Origin: an uncultured Verrucomicrobiae bacterium
GTDB lineage: Bacteria; Verrucomicrobiota; Verrucomicrobiia; Chthoniobacterales; UBA10450
DNA length: 64,000 nt
Direction of reading: 5' to 3'
Assembly: GCA_963726745.1 (NCBI GenBank)
Contig: CAVSDR010000003.1
Coordinates: forward strand, 352,001 to 416,000
Shown here: one piece after another, positions 62,465 through 64,000 of the stretch
How positions within the stretch are numbered: the first letter of the stretch is position 1
Layout: each line of letters begins with the position of its first letter
The notes under the pieces: model-generated
What the model saw: only the letters and a program-made list of their open reading frames with translations
What the model was told of the DNA's origin: nothing
Databases searched by the model: none
Position numbers and translations under genes: made by a program

Positions 62465-63216
62465 GAAAATTTTTCACCCTCTTCGGGCGCGAAGTGCGCA
62501 GCTATTTCTACTCGCCGATTGCCTACATCGTGCTGGTGTTCTTCCTCCTGCTCAGCGGGGTCGACTTCTACATCCAGCTCTCATTCATGAACGGCCGGCC
62601 GGTCCCCTACTCGGTCCAGGAAGCGTTCTTTAACTCGGTCTTCTTCTGGTTTGCCTTCGTGCTCACGTTTCCGCTGATCACGATGCGGCTCTTTTCCGAG
62701 GAGTTTAAGCTCGGCACGATCGAGCCGCTGATGACCGCGCCGGTGCGCGACTGGCAGGTGGTGCTCTCGAAGTTCTTCGGCGCGCTCTTCTTCTACATCG
62801 TTCTCTGGATCCCGACGCTGCTTTACTTTTGGATCTTCCAGCTGATCACGCATCAGCCGGCTGGGAACTCGTTAGGCGCTTATCTCGGCTCCTACCTGAT
62901 GCTGCTCCTGCTGGGGATGTTTTACATTTCCGTTGGCTGCCTGGCTTCGGTCTTAACGAAGAACCAGATCGTGGCCGCGATTATTTCCTTCTGCGCGATC
63001 ACGCTTCATTTCTTCTCCGGGTTGCTCTCGTTCATCCTCCAGGAAGTGAGCTCGAGTGCGCGACAATTACTCGGCTACTTCTCGGCGATCGAGCAGATGG
63101 GCACGCTCTCGCGCGGCGAGATCGATACGCGGCCGATGGTGCTCTACCTGAGCCTAACGATCGTGATGCTGGCGTTGACGCACTACGCCTTCCAGGCACG
63201 GAAATGGAGGCTCTAA
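62461..63216 (+). CDS. ABC-2 type permease (GldF-like)
   Basis: REVRSYFYSPIAY, PLITMRLFSEE.K.GTIEPLMTAP, S.LTKNQIVAA. Confidence 0.88.
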   Translation: MRKFFTLFGREVRSYFYSPIAYIVLVFFLLLSGVDFYIQLSFMNGRPVPYSVQEAFFNSVFFWFAFVLTFPLITMRLFSEEFKLGTIEPLMTAPVRDWQVVLSKFFGALFFYIVLWIPTLLYFWIFQLITHQPAGNSLGAYLGSYLMLLLLGMFYISVGCLASVLTKNQIVAAIISFCAITLHFFSGLLSFILQEVSSSARQLLGYFSAIEQMGTLSRGEIDTRPMVLYLSLTIVMLALTHYAFQARKWRL

Positions 63217-63219
63217 GCG

Positions 63220-64000
63220 ATGGCCACGGATACCAAAAAACCGCAGAGCATCCATCGCGTCCGCATCGGGTTGAACGTGCTCGCGCAGCTCGCGCTTATC
63301 CTTTTTCTCGCGCTCCTGGTGAACTACCTCGGCTTCGAGCATTACAAGCGCTGGGATCTTTCGCGCGACAAGAAATACGCGCTCTCCGACAAGACGAAGC
63401 GCTTCCTCGAAAGCGTGAAGGGAAAGATGCGCGTGACCGTTTTCTTCGGGCAAAACAACCCGATCGCGCAGGACGTGCAGGCGCTCCTGACGGAATACCA
63501 ATATGCCGGCAAAGGGAAGCTGGACGTGGAGAATATCGATCCCGAGCGCAACCTTTCGCGGGCCAAGGAAGCGTTCGAGAAATACAAGGTCGTGAGCGAC
63601 GAGAGCCTGCTCGTGATCGAATACGACGGCCGCAATAAGACGGTCAAAGCCTCGGAAATGGCCGAGATCGACCCGGGCAATCCGATGTTCGGCGAGTCTC
63701 CGAAAATCGCGATCTTCAAAGGCGAACAAGCGGTCACGAGCGCGATGATCGACCTGGTCGAGGGAAAGAAGAACGTGGTCGGCTACGTCACCGGGCACAA
63801 GGAACCGGTCCTGGCCGATGCGCCCTCACGGCTCACGCCCACGCTCCAGCCGGTCGCTGGGGAACGCAGCCAGATCTCGGTCCTGCGCACCTTCATCGAA
63901 AACGAAAACATCGAGGTCAAGGAATTGAACCTGGCCGACGTGCCGGCAATTCCTGAGGAGATGAAGACGATCATGATCGTCGGCCCGCAGTATGATTTCT
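63220..64000 (+). CDS. GldG-like ABC auxiliary protein, 5' part (runs off window)
   Basis: Manual translation MATDTKKPQSIHRVRIGLNVLAQLALILFLALLVNYLGFEHYKRWDLSRDKKYALSDKT...FKGEQAVTSAM...GHKE...IVGPQYDF. Confidence 0.82.
   Translation, partial: MATDTKKPQSIHRVRIGLNVLAQLALILFLALLVNYLGFEHYKRWDLSRDKKYALSDKTKRFLESVKGKMRVTVFFGQNNPIAQDVQALLTEYQYAGKGKLDVENIDPERNLSRAKEAFEKYKVVSDESLLVIEYDGRNKTVKASEMAEIDPGNPMFGESPKIAIFKGEQAVTSAMIDLVEGKKNVVGYVTGHKEPVLADAPSRLTPTLQPVAGERSQISVLRTFIENENIEVKELNLADVPAIPEEMKTIMIVGPQYDF

Noticed and set aside
61532..64000. GldAFG-like genes suggesting gliding motility
   Set aside because: This ABC family is common outside Bacteroidota; no T9SS/gliding motor genes in the window

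Overview
High-GC bacterial chromosomal segment. Gene content (fused lpxC-fabZ, TIGR03790-like protein, two-domain NDK, nusA without rimP) suggests Verrucomicrobiota, probably Chthoniobacterales-like; this is an inference. Most of the window is core genome: the nusA-infB-rbfA-DHH-truB-ribF operon, an ECF sigma locus, tRNA-Gly, prmA, ndk, an aminotransferase, a GH57 enzyme, lpxC/fabZ-lpxA, recN, spmAB, M1 and M50 peptidases, a stand-alone rpmH, an AttFG/AttH-like pair, an MFS transporter, sucA-sucB-lpdA, an HtrA protease and a GldAFG-like ABC system. After tRNA-Lys lies a ~17 kb surface-glycan cluster (36.7-53.3 kb). It encodes a coiled-coil methyltransferase, GT4s, a GT-C-like membrane protein, a GtrB-like GT2 and rfbFGH with a ThDP enzyme and an SDR, which points to a yersiniose-type branched 3,6-dideoxysugar. 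The most striking unexplained signal is a dispersed 9-mer, TCGTTAGGC/GCCTAACGA. I counted 20 exact copies by eye (10 per strand) against roughly 0.5 expected from base composition. It occurs in several reading frames, imposes rare codons and often supplies stop codons. A related 8-mer, AAATAGCC, is also enriched. Eight single-base indels in seven genes, including infB, lpxA and lpdA, are most likely sequencing errors. No integrase, transposase, CRISPR array or rRNA was seen.
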